A stretch of 64,000 nucleotides of DNA from a bacterium (GCA_043745785.1 JAYTSG010000004.1:570-64569), one strand, 5' to 3'. Positions 19,517 through 30,350 are shown, numbered from the stretch's first letter. Notes: generated from the letters alone by a model not told the origin. Numbers and translations: made by a program.

Positions 19517-20107
19517 ATGGCAACACTTGATTATGATGAAATAAAACCAAAGAAGTGCATACTCATCAATGATGAGCCTTACGAAGTGCTCGAATATCAC
19601 GTTGCCAGAACACAAAAGCGTAAGCCTCAAAACCAAGTAAAGATGAGAAATCTTCTCAACGGTAAAGTACTTCCTCACACCTTTCATGCCTCAGATACTG
19701 CTGAGGAAGCGGAGGTGAGGCGTAGCGAAGCAAAATTTCTCTACGAAAGAGGTGGTGAATTTTGGTTCTGTGATCCACGTGATCCAAGTAAGCGTTTTCT
19801 CATCAGCGATAGAGTTATCGGAGATGATTCTCGCTATCTGAAAGAAAATACAGTGATAGAAACAAAAGTATTTGAATTTGATGATGAAGAGAGAATCATT
19901 GGCATCAGTCTTCCTATCAAGATGAACTTTATGGTAAAAGATGCCCCTCCTGCAATCAAAGGCAACACCGCATCTGGCGGAGGAAAGCTCGTCACACTAG
20001 AAACGGGCGCGCAAATTACTACACCCCTTTTTATTGAAGCTGGCGAAATAGTAGTGGTGAATACTAGTACTGGAGAGTATGTAGAGAGATTTAAGGTAGA
20101 GAAATAA
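19517..20107 (+). CDS. efp: Elongation factor P
   Basis: PAIKGNTASGGGK.VTLETGAQITTPLFI..GE...VNT.TGEYVER. Confidence 0.93.
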   Translation: MATLDYDEIKPKKCILINDEPYEVLEYHVARTQKRKPQNQVKMRNLLNGKVLPHTFHASDTAEEAEVRRSEAKFLYERGGEFWFCDPRDPSKRFLISDRVIGDDSRYLKENTVIETKVFEFDDEERIIGISLPIKMNFMVKDAPPAIKGNTASGGGKLVTLETGAQITTPLFIEAGEIVVVNTSTGEYVERFKVEK

Positions 20108-20142
20108 ACTGATATATTTCTCTAGGTATTTTTTAAAATATG

Positions 20143-20183
20143 AAATACAAAGTGCGACGCCTTCGGCGTCGCACTTTGTATTT
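20143..20183. terminator. Terminator after efp
   Basis: AAATACAAAGTGCGACGCC-ttc-GGCGTCGCACTTTGTATTT (cUUCGg loop). Confidence 0.88.
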
Positions 20184-20384
20184 GGATTCTCTTTAGGCAA
20201 AATGAATCAGCTGACAGTAATTTGAGAGACTCTTCATCCTCTTGTTATTTTATTTTTTATAGGACCTACACACTTGGTGACCCTCTTTGTCAAAACCATC
20301 TCTTTTTCAATCAACGTACTATAGATATGTCTCTTTTACAATAAAGGGCTTTCCTCGAATCTTATTCAAGTGTGTAGACCTTAT

Positions 20385-20735
20385 TTAATAAAACGGAATT
20401 AACTCTGTACCTGGATCAAAACCAATAGAAGCATAGCTACAGGATTCACCTCTTTCTTTTGCAGCATCATACTTTCCACCGAGCTCATAGCACATCTCTG
20501 CGTCAGAAACCAGAAACATTATTTGTCCATTTTCATCCACGCACTTAGTTGTATTAAATGTTTCACCTTTATTTCTACAAGCCGTAATGAGAAGAACTTC
20601 TTCCATTTCAAGAAAGTTAGAAACATCACCGAAAGGGCTCTTACAAATACCTGAGGTAAACGACTCCCTAAGCACAGTATCGCAACTGACAGCGAACACA
20701 ATATCATCATCAGTACTTTTTGATACATCCAGCAT
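20385..20735 (-). CDS. Cys-containing hypothetical protein, probably the detached C-terminal part of the upstream Cys-rich pilin gene
   Basis: 116-aa ORF with 6 Cys; frame open upstream of the ATG (INYTCTVPGFKQVN). Confidence 0.45.
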   Translation of the reverse strand: MLDVSKSTDDDIVFAVSCDTVLRESFTSGICKSPFGDVSNFLEMEEVLLITACRNKGETFNTTKCVDENGQIMFLVSDAEMCYELGGKYDAAKERGESCSYASIGFDPGTELIPFY

Positions 20736-20892
20736 GTTTACCTGCTTAAAACCAGGAACAGTGCATGTGTAATTTATTTATAGTCCCTCGCATCTGTGAG
20801 CAGGCATTACTGAGAGATTCGCAGTCTAAACTGACGTCACCACAGTAAGCAACTTCTTTTCTATATTCTGTTTTCAGAATACTTTCACTGCT

Positions 20893-21990
20893 TTAAAGTT
20901 TGCTTACATCTTGTTGACAAGAATACAATTGATTTCCTCCTGTTAATCCAGCTTGACTGCAAGTGAGGCCTGGTCCACAAAATTTATTATTATGAGCTTC
21001 TGGATTACAATATGATCTCTCTTTTAATTCCTCTGCTCCAATAGCGCAATATAATTGCGCTCCTCCTTGGGCATAACATTTACCAGCGTCTCCATTAAAA
21101 GAACAATTTGCCCATAGACTTTTACCATAGCACGTTTCTCCGTTTGATATGCCTGTACTTGGGACTTTACAATAAAATCCGCCGTAAAGATTACTATCAC
21201 ATGTGCCTTTTGTCCCTCCATTATCAGTACATGACTCATTTTGAGTAGAACAATTGGCGTCATCTTGTACAGAAACAGGAGCAGTGCCACCAGCACAGAA
21301 AAGAGCCGTGCGATTGGCATTGTAAGCACAACCCCCACTGATAGTTCTTCTATCATCGTCTCTAAAGGTACAAGGACTTCTTTCCCCTTTCCCGCTACAT
21401 GCATCAAGGGACGCTTGATTGACATTCACAGAACTCACTGCCTTAACAGTACAGAGCACTGGACCGAATGCATTGGAACAAACCCCTACTGAACCATTGG
21501 GTAATGTACAACTTGCTCCGACCTGTTTCCCTGGAGACTTTGCACAATCATCAGAGACTTCGGACTGCGGATCTATCGACTGATTGGTTGGAGTAAGTCC
21601 AGTCGAAGTTTTAGTGCAATCCGTCACAAAATTGAGGCATGGCTTTGCTATTGTGGTAACATCTTTAATCCCCAGCGTCTGCTGCATAAAGTAGATAATG
21701 CCATAGAGAGAGAAGATGATAAAGATAGCAAGGAGAGACCAGAGCATAAATTTTTTTCCTTCATCTGCTTTTTTTGCTTCCCCTTCTTTGATAGACCAGA
21801 TGAATCTGACGAGGCCAGCAAAGAAAGCGACGATAGCAAGAGACATAAGGAGCACTCCGACGACAGCAACTACATTGCCGTTGACGTTTTCTATGAACTT
21901 GCCGAGTTCGTTAACTTGTACGGAAGAGAAGCCGGAGGCAGATGTGTAAGAGAGGGAGAGTGAGGCAAGAAAAATGGTGAGTAGTCTCAT
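20893..21990 (-). CDS. CPR pilin (TrbC/VirB2-like TM pair) fused to Cys-rich repeats
   Basis: AFFAGLVRFI...EGKKFMLWSLLAIFIIFSLYGII; repeated C-x-G-x-C-x-G-x-C-x-LxC modules. Confidence 0.7.
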   Translation of the reverse strand: MRLLTIFLASLSLSYTSASGFSSVQVNELGKFIENVNGNVVAVVGVLLMSLAIVAFFAGLVRFIWSIKEGEAKKADEGKKFMLWSLLAIFIIFSLYGIIYFMQQTLGIKDVTTIAKPCLNFVTDCTKTSTGLTPTNQSIDPQSEVSDDCAKSPGKQVGASCTLPNGSVGVCSNAFGPVLCTVKAVSSVNVNQASLDACSGKGERSPCTFRDDDRRTISGGCAYNANRTALFCAGGTAPVSVQDDANCSTQNESCTDNGGTKGTCDSNLYGGFYCKVPSTGISNGETCYGKSLWANCSFNGDAGKCYAQGGAQLYCAIGAEELKERSYCNPEAHNNKFCGPGLTCSQAGLTGGNQLYSCQQDVSKL

Positions 21991-22289
21991 AAAAGGCTTA
22001 TTTTATATAATAGTTTTAGTATAGCAAGGGATTTATTACTTTTCTCTGTTTATACACAGATGGTCTATGTAGATTTCTTTTGACTAGTAGGCATTTTTTA
22101 TAATGTTCATTGACCTCTGACACACTATTGAGTGCATTATTTTTAAGAGCTAAGAAATAACCTACCTCTGGAAACAAGTCTACTCACCTACAAGGTTGTC
22201 GTAGAGATTGATTTAACAATGACTCACTTATGAATACTTATTAGAGAGATACTCAACCAAGTTTCAAAAAATATCATCTTTTCGTTGGG

Positions 22290-23012
22290 TTAGTTAAAAA
22301 AACCTGATAGTGCGTCAGTAAAAAACATAAGTAGTCCCTGCACAAAAATAACGAAGACAGAGAAAATAAGCACGGCAAGGATGTATCCATGAGCCTCTTT
22401 TATTTTCTCTGGTTTTCCTTGTGCTAAGACATACTTAGCCCCCGACATAAACCAGCCAACAACCATAGCAGGGAGTACTACCCAGTTCCATACCATGTTA
22501 CCAAAAATCTTTACCCACACCACTGGTCCACCGGGAAAAAGTGGTGGCGCTTCACTGGCATAGGCATGGTCAATAGGGAGTAATGACGAGAATATCTTGA
22601 AGTATTCAAATGGTTTACGGTAAGCTGGGTCAAGACCAAGTCCGGCTAATATGGATAAAGCTTTTAAACACACAAATATTCCAAAAAATCCTCCAGCAAT
22701 CTGTAGTAATCGTTTTTTCATATTGGTATGTATCTGAGCTTGCTCACCAAACGCTCCAGCAGCAACATCTTTAGCATAATAAAAACCAAACATTATTAGT
22801 GAAAAAACAGCTCCAAGAAGTAGAAGTAGCTGTACATTATTATCAAAATAAGAAGGAATATCTGATACTTTGCATTGTTGCGTATTCATATCTGGTCCTG
22901 GCAGACAAACGAGCTTAGACAAACCAGATCCCTGCGCATGAACACTAACTAAACCGACAAACATAATCACTGTACTCAGTAGTCCCCTCAGGAATATTTT
23001 TTTACTTTGCAT
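22290..23012 (-). CDS. Membrane protein with tandem TrbC/VirB2-like pilin domains
   Basis: SGAKYVLAQGKPEKIKEA..YILAVLI motif; start probably ATG 23012. Confidence 0.65.
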   Translation of the reverse strand: MQSKKIFLRGLLSTVIMFVGLVSVHAQGSGLSKLVCLPGPDMNTQQCKVSDIPSYFDNNVQLLLLLGAVFSLIMFGFYYAKDVAAGAFGEQAQIHTNMKKRLLQIAGGFFGIFVCLKALSILAGLGLDPAYRKPFEYFKIFSSLLPIDHAYASEAPPLFPGGPVVWVKIFGNMVWNWVVLPAMVVGWFMSGAKYVLAQGKPEKIKEAHGYILAVLIFSVFVIFVQGLLMFFTDALSGFFN

Positions 23013-24306
23013 ACATATCATTGAGCGCTGACACAAAAGTAGCAGATGCTTCAGAGTCTCCTTTTTTGCCACTTACTATGTCATTTACTGCAGTAGTGAG
23101 TAAATTAGTCGATGCCGATTCCCTCAAATCATACCAGCCACGTGTTACCAGGATGCTCGCTTTCATGCCCGAGTCGAGATTTTGATCAGCGGAAAGCACA
23201 GAGCGTATAGGGCTTAATTTATAGGTGGCAACATCGAGTAAACTGGCATACTTACTAGTGGCAAGCGTCGACTGCGCGACATACGCGGTATTTAATAATG
23301 CAGGCGGTGTACGCTTCATCACCGCTATGCCATACATCTTCATGCTGTTAGCTCGCGATTCATACCCTCTTGCTTGCGGAAATGGACTCAAATAAAAATT
23401 GAGACGCTCATTCTTCGCTATAATATCTTTATATTCTCCTGAGTATCCAAAATAAAGGGCAAGTTTACCCGCAGAAAATGCATCAATATCGGTCATTCCT
23501 GTATAATTATTCCACGAATAGGACTCTTTGCTCGGATCAGAAAATTGTGTAAAAAGCTTCAGAGATTCGCGTAGCGGTAGTACGACACTTTGTTCCGAAA
23601 GCGGTACATTACCACTAAAATGAAGAGCTCCATTATTATCCACTGACACTGGATCTTGGCCAAGAGACTCAACAAGACTCATAATAATTTCTTTGGCATG
23701 AATGACGTTAGTCATCGAACCGAGACCCACACCATAGGTAATAAATGAACCATTTTGGTCTCTCTTGGTAATCTTTGGCGTCACAGAGAGCAGATCGTCC
23801 CAATATGCAGGGACTGTCGCTAAGCCATTTTTAGAAATGATGTCACGATTTACAAACATCATCATTGGCTCAACTGTCATAGGGAATGCCAAGATACCTT
23901 CCCCTGTCAAAAAGATAGAGGCGCCATCAATATAAGCATTTTTAAAATCATTCACCGGAAAAGAAGCAAGTGGATAAGGATTTACTCTCTGCTTTTGAGA
24001 CAAAATAGTCTTATAATTAGCAAGTATCATGTCTGGCCCCTCGCCATTAGCGAGTGCGTTAACTAAAATATCCTCAAATCTATCTTCTGGCATTTCTTCA
24101 TAAGAAACAGAATAGGTCTTTGCGTCAACATTAAATTTATTGAGTACGTCATTGACCTGATCTGCAGGAAGTGTCCCCCACATGACTAGTTTACCGATAG
24201 TTTTACCACTCTTTTCTGAACAGCCAATAGGAAGCTTACAAGAAAAGAGGAGAAAGGCAAAGACAGCTGACATGATAGCTATAGCAGTAATGATTTTTTT
24301 ATACAT
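23002..24306 (-). CDS. Extracellular solute-binding protein (family 1 type)
   Basis: LVMWG, ALANGEGPD, LAFPMTVEPMMMFVNRD, AFSAGKLALYFGY. Confidence 0.85.
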   Translation of the reverse strand: MYKKIITAIAIMSAVFAFLLFSCKLPIGCSEKSGKTIGKLVMWGTLPADQVNDVLNKFNVDAKTYSVSYEEMPEDRFEDILVNALANGEGPDMILANYKTILSQKQRVNPYPLASFPVNDFKNAYIDGASIFLTGEGILAFPMTVEPMMMFVNRDIISKNGLATVPAYWDDLLSVTPKITKRDQNGSFITYGVGLGSMTNVIHAKEIIMSLVESLGQDPVSVDNNGALHFSGNVPLSEQSVVLPLRESLKLFTQFSDPSKESYSWNNYTGMTDIDAFSAGKLALYFGYSGEYKDIIAKNERLNFYLSPFPQARGYESRANSMKMYGIAVMKRTPPALLNTAYVAQSTLATSKYASLLDVATYKLSPIRSVLSADQNLDSGMKASILVTRGWYDLRESASTNLLTTAVNDIVSGKKGDSEASATFVSALNDMYAK

Positions 24307-24309
24307 ACA

Positions 24310-24834
24310 CTAAAGGCTTTTTGCAATAAATGCATAGTGATAATCTCCCGCTGGTAAACGAGCCATGATACGAAATCCGCCAGAGACAAAAAGGTCTTCC
24401 GCCTGACTTTCAGTGAAAACATGGTCTTTGTGTGGTCCGATACCTGCATGACTTTTTGACCAATCGACGACGAGGGCAAGACCTTCTGGAATAAGAACTC
24501 TTTTGATTTCTTTGAGTGCCTTCTTTTTATCTTCTATCATAAAGAGAGTGTTGGAAACAACAACAGCATCTAGTGAATACGAGTCGAGATACAGCCCTTC
24601 CTCTATATCGGCCCAAATAATATCGACATTAACATAACCAAGTGCATCGAGAGTCTTTTTTGCAGAGTCTAATACTTCTTTATGTATATCAACAGCATAT
24701 ACTTTTCCTTCTTCTCCAACTTTTTTAGCAAGTGAAATGAGATACGCCCCACTCCCCGAACCAATATCAGCTACGACCCCCCCATCTCGTATAAAAAGAT
24801 GATCTATCAAATGTTCTGGTGTGAGAAATGCCAT
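24310..24834 (-). CDS. Class I SAM-dependent methyltransferase
   Basis: VADIGSGSG, VYAVDI, KRVLIPEG. Confidence 0.9.
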   Translation of the reverse strand: MAFLTPEHLIDHLFIRDGGVVADIGSGSGAYLISLAKKVGEEGKVYAVDIHKEVLDSAKKTLDALGYVNVDIIWADIEEGLYLDSYSLDAVVVSNTLFMIEDKKKALKEIKRVLIPEGLALVVDWSKSHAGIGPHKDHVFTESQAEDLFVSGGFRIMARLPAGDYHYAFIAKSL

Positions 24835-24910
24835 GAGAACAGTATATAGCCTTTATGGTGCAAGAGCTAGGGGAGAATACGGGTCATATTAAAACATCTA
24901 ACAGATACTT

Positions 24911-25765
24911 TCACCCTATTTTTATTAAAATAATGCCCACGACACAAACCATCATGAAAAGAACTTTTTGAGCAGTCATTTTTTCTTTATACAAAAAAAC
25001 ACCTAGAATTGCAGTGATAAAAATATAACCAGAAGCGATCGGATATACACCCGAAAGCGGACCAGTAGCGAGAGCCTTCAGAAAGGCATACCCAGCAATT
25101 GTCATAAATAGTCCGGCTGCAAGTGATATCTTCCAAGTATCTTTAATGATATGGAGATGTATAATACTTTTTCTTTCAAATGTATATACAAGAAGAAGCG
25201 AACAGACCACTGCCCCAAGATACTGATATGGTGCATAATGAAACATTAATTCATGAGTTGCTCCAAACTTTTGTATCACCTTTCCAAGAGTAGACGAAAT
25301 GATAATACCTAAGCCAAGCGTGATTGAGTGAGTGTCTAAAATGAGTTCTTCTTTTTTACGAGAATATATAAATACCAAGCAGAGAATAATACATATACCG
25401 AAATACTGAACTAACGATACCCGTTCTGAAAAAAGAAGAATACCCAAAAATACAGTAACCACGTTAGAAAGAGCAGAAGTTACTGGGAGTAAGGTAGTAG
25501 TTTCCATTCTATGAAGAAGAATTTTTTGAAGCGCAGTAGTAACCGCAAAGCAAATACCCCAAAGAATACCGGTCCATGAAATCGGAGCGAGATTATCTAT
25601 TCCAAGATAAAAGATAGCGATGACAAAGCTAAGTAGCAGTGAGAATACATTCATCCAAAAAGTTGAATGAAGAGAACTGTATCTTTTAAACGATGGCATC
25701 TTAAAAAATGCCGTCGACACACCTACTCCTACCATCGCAATCAGCGCGTAGAATACCCAATCCAT
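24911..25765 (-). CDS. EamA/DMT family transporter
   Basis: Two 5-TM repeats; LGILLFSER and LGVFLYKEK motifs. Confidence 0.88.
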   Translation of the reverse strand: MDWVFYALIAMVGVGVSTAFFKMPSFKRYSSLHSTFWMNVFSLLLSFVIAIFYLGIDNLAPISWTGILWGICFAVTTALQKILLHRMETTTLLPVTSALSNVVTVFLGILLFSERVSLVQYFGICIILCLVFIYSRKKEELILDTHSITLGLGIIISSTLGKVIQKFGATHELMFHYAPYQYLGAVVCSLLLVYTFERKSIIHLHIIKDTWKISLAAGLFMTIAGYAFLKALATGPLSGVYPIASGYIFITAILGVFLYKEKMTAQKVLFMMVCVVGIILIKIG

Positions 25766-25768
25766 TTT

Positions 25769-28237
25769 TTAAAGCAGATTGAAACTCGCAACGCTGTCTC
25801 CTTCGCGTAATTTCATAATTCTCACTCCTTGAGTATCACGTCCAAGTGTCGGCACTGAGGAGAGCAGAGTTCGAATGACTTGAGAAGCCTTGGATACTGC
25901 AAGAAGTTCTACTATTTCTTCTGTTACAACACGTGCAATCATGAGCTTGCCAGTCTTTTCTGTCACTTTCACTGTCTTGATACCACTTCCACCACGCTTT
26001 TGGATTTTATACTCGGTCATTTTAGTCTTCTTTCCATAGCCATTTGCCGTCATGATGAGTAGCTCTGTACCCTTTTGTCCTTTTGCTATTTTGTCAGTTG
26101 CAACGATAATGTCACCTTTATCTAACTTCATACCAATAACCCCTGCTGCAGTACGTCCCATTTCGCGCACATCAGAATGGAGAAAACGTATTGACTGACC
26201 ATTCTGTGTTGTCATAACCACAGAATCTTCATCTCCCACAAAAAGAGCACAGAGTAACTCGTCTTTATCTTCAAGTTTAATAGAAATAAGGCCATTTCTT
26301 CGCACATCTTTAAAGCTTTCTGCAGCACTCTTTTTCACGGTACCAAGTTTGGTAACCATCATGAGAGATACTCCAGTGAGCTCCTTCATATCTTTTGGCA
26401 TAGCGAGAATAGATGTCACTTTTTCACCATCTGAAAGCTGAAGGAAATTCATAATACTCTTGCCTCTCGTGGCACGTTTTCCTTCTGGTATGTCATACAT
26501 TTTAATCTGATACGCTTTACCTTTGTCAGTAAAGAAAAGAAGATCAGAGTGAGATGAAGTCTGTAATGACATGGTTACAAAATCTTCTTCTTTGGTGTTC
26601 ATATCAACCACACCAACTCCCCCGCGCTTTTGTACACGGAATTCGTCTGGGTCAGTACGCTTTACATACCCTCCTGATGTAAAGACTATCATTTCTTCAC
26701 GCTCTGGAATAAGATCTTCTGGATTAAATTCTTTAACACGATGCTTGACTATCTTTGTTCTTCTTTCATCTCCATATTTAGCTTTGATCTCCTCAAGCTC
26801 AGCACGAATGATAGCAATCATTTTCTTTTCACTAGCGAGTATTGCGCGTAAGTCTCCTATGAGTGTTTGCACTGCTTTGAGCTCATCTTCAATTTTTTTC
26901 TTTTCAAGAGAGGCAAGGCGTTGTAGCTTCATTTCTAAAATAGCTGTCGCCTGTATCGAAGAAAAATCAAATTTCTTACAAAGATTTGCATGTGCATCTG
27001 GCGTGTCTTTTGACTTCTTGATGAGCTGTATGATTTCGTCTATATGATCGAGTGCTTTCTTGAGACCAAGCAGTATATGTTCTTTTTCAAGAGCTCGCGC
27101 GAGATCGTATTCTGTACGACGACGCACCACTTCTTTGCGATGACCAACGAATGCCTCAAGAGCTCCTTTAAGTGAAAGTGTCTGGGGAATACCATCAACA
27201 AGCGCCACCACATTGAAATGGAAAGCACTTTCAAGTTCTGTATGTTTATAGAGATAGTTAAGTATCTTTTGTGGTTGAGCCCCACTCTTTAAGTCTATCA
27301 CCACACGTATGTCTTTGGTCGACTCATCACGAAGCCCTTTAATGCCTTCAATCTTTTTCTCACGCACATGGTCGGCGATATTTTCTATCAAATTACTTTT
27401 GACTACACGAAATGGAAGTGAGGTAATGATGATTTGGAATTGTCCATTTTTGGTTTCAAAGACTTCTGCTTCGCCACGTACGACTACTCCCCCGCGACCT
27501 GTAGCGTATGCCTGACGAATATCAGCTTGTCCAAAAGCTACGCCACCAAGAGGAAAATCAGGTCCTTTGACAAACTCACAGAGATCTTCTGTAGTTGCAT
27601 CTTTATTTTCTACGAGATGTATAGTCGCATCCATAATTTCTGTAAGATTATGCGGCGGGATATTGGTCGCCATACCGACAGCAATACCGAGAGTACCATT
27701 AAGAAGAAGGCTTGGAACAGCGGTCGGAAGTACTACAGGCTCTTTTTTAGTCCCGTCATAGTTTGACACCATATTCACGGTATTTTTTTCAATATCACGC
27801 ATCATCTCCATAGATATCTTTGACATTTTTGCTTCGGTATAACGATACGCAGCGGCTCCATCTCCATCAACAGAACCAAAGTTACCTTGCCCTTGTACGA
27901 GAGGGTATCTGTAGGAGAAATCTTGAGCAGACTTGACCATCGCGTCATATACAGACGCATCACCATGAGGGTGATAGTTACCTAGCACCTCTCCGACAAT
28001 AGTTGCCGATTTACGAAACTTTGCCCCTGGGGTGAGCCCCATATTGTTCATAGCAAAAAGAATGCGGCGATGTACTGGTTTGAGACCGTCACGAGCATCA
28101 GGGAGAGCTCTCGCAGTAATAACACTCATCGCATAGTCGAGATATGCGGTACGCATTTCTTTGGTAAGAGAAACTGGAAGTAAATTATCCCCCTTTGGAG
28201 GAATTATTTCTTCACTTTTTTCAGATTTTTTCGCCAT
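25769..28237 (-). CDS. gyrA: DNA gyrase subunit A
   Basis: [26 protein letters not shown], GyrA box QKRGGVG, C-terminal pinwheel. Confidence 0.98.
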   Translation of the reverse strand: MAKKSEKSEEIIPPKGDNLLPVSLTKEMRTAYLDYAMSVITARALPDARDGLKPVHRRILFAMNNMGLTPGAKFRKSATIVGEVLGNYHPHGDASVYDAMVKSAQDFSYRYPLVQGQGNFGSVDGDGAAAYRYTEAKMSKISMEMMRDIEKNTVNMVSNYDGTKKEPVVLPTAVPSLLLNGTLGIAVGMATNIPPHNLTEIMDATIHLVENKDATTEDLCEFVKGPDFPLGGVAFGQADIRQAYATGRGGVVVRGEAEVFETKNGQFQIIITSLPFRVVKSNLIENIADHVREKKIEGIKGLRDESTKDIRVVIDLKSGAQPQKILNYLYKHTELESAFHFNVVALVDGIPQTLSLKGALEAFVGHRKEVVRRRTEYDLARALEKEHILLGLKKALDHIDEIIQLIKKSKDTPDAHANLCKKFDFSSIQATAILEMKLQRLASLEKKKIEDELKAVQTLIGDLRAILASEKKMIAIIRAELEEIKAKYGDERRTKIVKHRVKEFNPEDLIPEREEMIVFTSGGYVKRTDPDEFRVQKRGGVGVVDMNTKEEDFVTMSLQTSSHSDLLFFTDKGKAYQIKMYDIPEGKRATRGKSIMNFLQLSDGEKVTSILAMPKDMKELTGVSLMMVTKLGTVKKSAAESFKDVRRNGLISIKLEDKDELLCALFVGDEDSVVMTTQNGQSIRFLHSDVREMGRTAAGVIGMKLDKGDIIVATDKIAKGQKGTELLIMTANGYGKKTKMTEYKIQKRGGSGIKTVKVTEKTGKLMIARVVTEEIVELLAVSKASQVIRTLLSSVPTLGRDTQGVRIMKLREGDSVASFNLL

Positions 28238-28325
28238 GAGGACAGTATAGCAAAAAAAAGGAAAGAAGGCGAGCTAAAGGCGGTAAAAATATCTTATAAA
28301 AGCCTTACAAGCAAAGGTCTAAATT

Positions 28326-28604
28326 TTATTCACTCTTATTGATTACTTCAAGAGTCCTCCCTGTTTTAACAGCTCCGAGCACCTCTCTTATTTGAGAAGT
28401 AAACAGATCAAAGGGTGATGGGTAGGATGTAGAAGCAACTGGCACTCCTTCTGCGTTATTTGTGTTAGATACACTACCAATAGAGACATAAAGAAAAACA
28501 AACATGAGCATGCCGACAGTAGCGAACAAGAGAGCGTGTACTTCACGTATTGAAGACGACTGTCTTTTGACATGATGAAGATATTTTGAAAGTAAGCGAC
28601 GCAT
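28326..28604 (-). CDS. Small single-TM hypothetical protein
   Basis: 92-aa ORF with one TM; extended -10 box 6 nt before the ATG. Confidence 0.65.
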   Translation of the reverse strand: MRRLLSKYLHHVKRQSSSIREVHALLFATVGMLMFVFLYVSIGSVSNTNNAEGVPVASTSYPSPFDLFTSQIREVLGAVKTGRTLEVINKSE

Positions 28605-28730
28605 GCAAATAGTATACCACTTTGGTTTATCATTAATAATTCTAGATCTTCCGTCATTTATTGTTAATGAGCAGAGAAAGTATTTTTATATTTTGAACTA
28701 AATCATATTTTTTTCTTTCTTTTTATACAA

Positions 28731-28892
28731 TAGACCTCTTTCAAAAGTCTCAAAACTTTCCTGCATTAGGATTCCTGCGAAGACAGGCCCAAGACATGAA
28801 TTTGATAATTCAGAATACAGTATGTATTATAATACTATTTGATTTCAATTTTTACTTAGAGTGATAGCAGAGAGGCTTTTGAAAGAGCTCTA
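28731..28892. mobile_element. MITE-like element
   Basis: TAGACCTCTTTCAAAAGTCTC ... GAGGCTTTTGAAAGAGCTCTA terminal inverted repeats. Confidence 0.65.
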
Positions 28893-29159
28893 CTACTTTC
28901 CAGAATCATCAAGAAATCTAGCTTCGAAGAGTTAGAAATAACCACAATTTCTAATAAGACAAATCTGAATTTACCTTTATTCCTTCCTACGCTATATGCA
29001 ACCCGCAAGAGTTATCTTAGGGGTTGACCGTCTCATCTGCCTTGTTCTAAGAGTTGTGGGAGCTTTTTGAACTACTGAGAAAGGTCTAGGTCTTACAAAA
29101 CTAATTCTATTTCTTTTTAGTTGCATGCCGAACAACTTTGAAAATATCTCAACTAAACA

Positions 29160-29795
29160 CTACATCTCATGGAAAAGCACCACTTCACCAAGTTTTCCTT
29201 CTATATCTTTTCTCTTGATAGTCAATTTTTCTACTGGCTGCAAACCTTCTGCTCCCGATTCTTTTAGAAAGAGAGGCAATGATATTTCATCATAATCCAT
29301 AGGGATGATGAGCTTTGGTTCGAGAGACACTGCCAGCTTGTGTGCATCATAAGCATTTAAGAGAAAATCGTCACGTCCAACAGGAATAAAAAGCACATCT
29401 GTCTCATCGATAACTTCTTTATGATGAGGGTCGAGCATATGAGAAAGCGCACCCAGGAAAGTGATACGTATACCGTCAAAGGTAAAAACATAGCTCGCAT
29501 TCTGATACATTTTATCTGTTGCGCCATCCTTTAGTTTTGTCTCTGTGCAAAAACTTTTAATAAAGACCCCGGCGACTTCATATTCCCCTGGACCTCTTAT
29601 AACATAGGGAGTTTTATCACTTTTCTCTACCTGTTCCGCACCATTATAGTCGACATGGTTGACGGTTATCAGACAGACATCTGCCCCATATTTTGTAATC
29701 TTTCCTTTACTGTCTTTCGATATAGGATTAAGCGCAAATACCGTATCCCCTACCTGAAATTTAAAATGCTGCTTTCCAAAATTCGTGATGATCAT
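29160..29795 (-). CDS. MBL-fold metallo-hydrolase-like protein (Lactamase_B_3 type)
   Basis: ADVCLITVNHVDYN, GPGEYEVAGVFI, DVLFIPVG, LEPKLIIPM. Confidence 0.82.
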   Translation of the reverse strand: MIITNFGKQHFKFQVGDTVFALNPISKDSKGKITKYGADVCLITVNHVDYNGAEQVEKSDKTPYVIRGPGEYEVAGVFIKSFCTETKLKDGATDKMYQNASYVFTFDGIRITFLGALSHMLDPHHKEVIDETDVLFIPVGRDDFLLNAYDAHKLAVSLEPKLIIPMDYDEISLPLFLKESGAEGLQPVEKLTIKRKDIEGKLGEVVLFHEM

Positions 29796-30003
29796 GGGGA
29801 TATTTTACCACAAAAATGAGAAACAAAAAATGTTGTTTCAATGAGCTGTGAGTTACTAATAAGTCTTCGTCTTAAAGTTTCTTTTTCAGAATGAAAACCC
29901 CTTAGCACAACTAAAATCTAGTCGCGCGCGTAGTTTAAAAGAAACACACATTTAGTGCTACTACTCAGAGGAAAAGCACTCTACCTTTTTACAACACTTA
30001 TAA

Positions 30004-30094
30004 TAGACTTCTTTCAAAACCACCCCCCTATCATTCTTGAATTGGGTAATTCAGGGATGATAACTTTGTTTGTTAGGGTTTTGAAAGAGGTCTA
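30004..30094. mobile_element. MITE-like element with internal hairpin
   Basis: TAGACTTCTTTCAAAACC ... GGTTTTGAAAGAGGTCTA; internal TATCATTCTTGAATT...AATTCAGGGATGATA. Confidence 0.7.
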
Positions 30095-30350
30095 TTAAAC
30101 TGTCTTCCTCTAGTGTCCTTCGCTTGCGTTAGTAAACTATCTAAAAACTCTCCGCAAGAAACAGTAACTCTCACTGTGAGGGAGCAGGTCTATCGATGAT
30201 CATCGTAAAACAAATTTGATGTACACTAAACATCCCAGGACTTACGCCACGGGGTATTATGCGCGAATAAATCGCTCCACGATATGTTATGAGCTTGTTT
30301 TATGTCTATAAAATACTGTGTTTTAATGAAGAGAAACTTTTTGAAAAACA

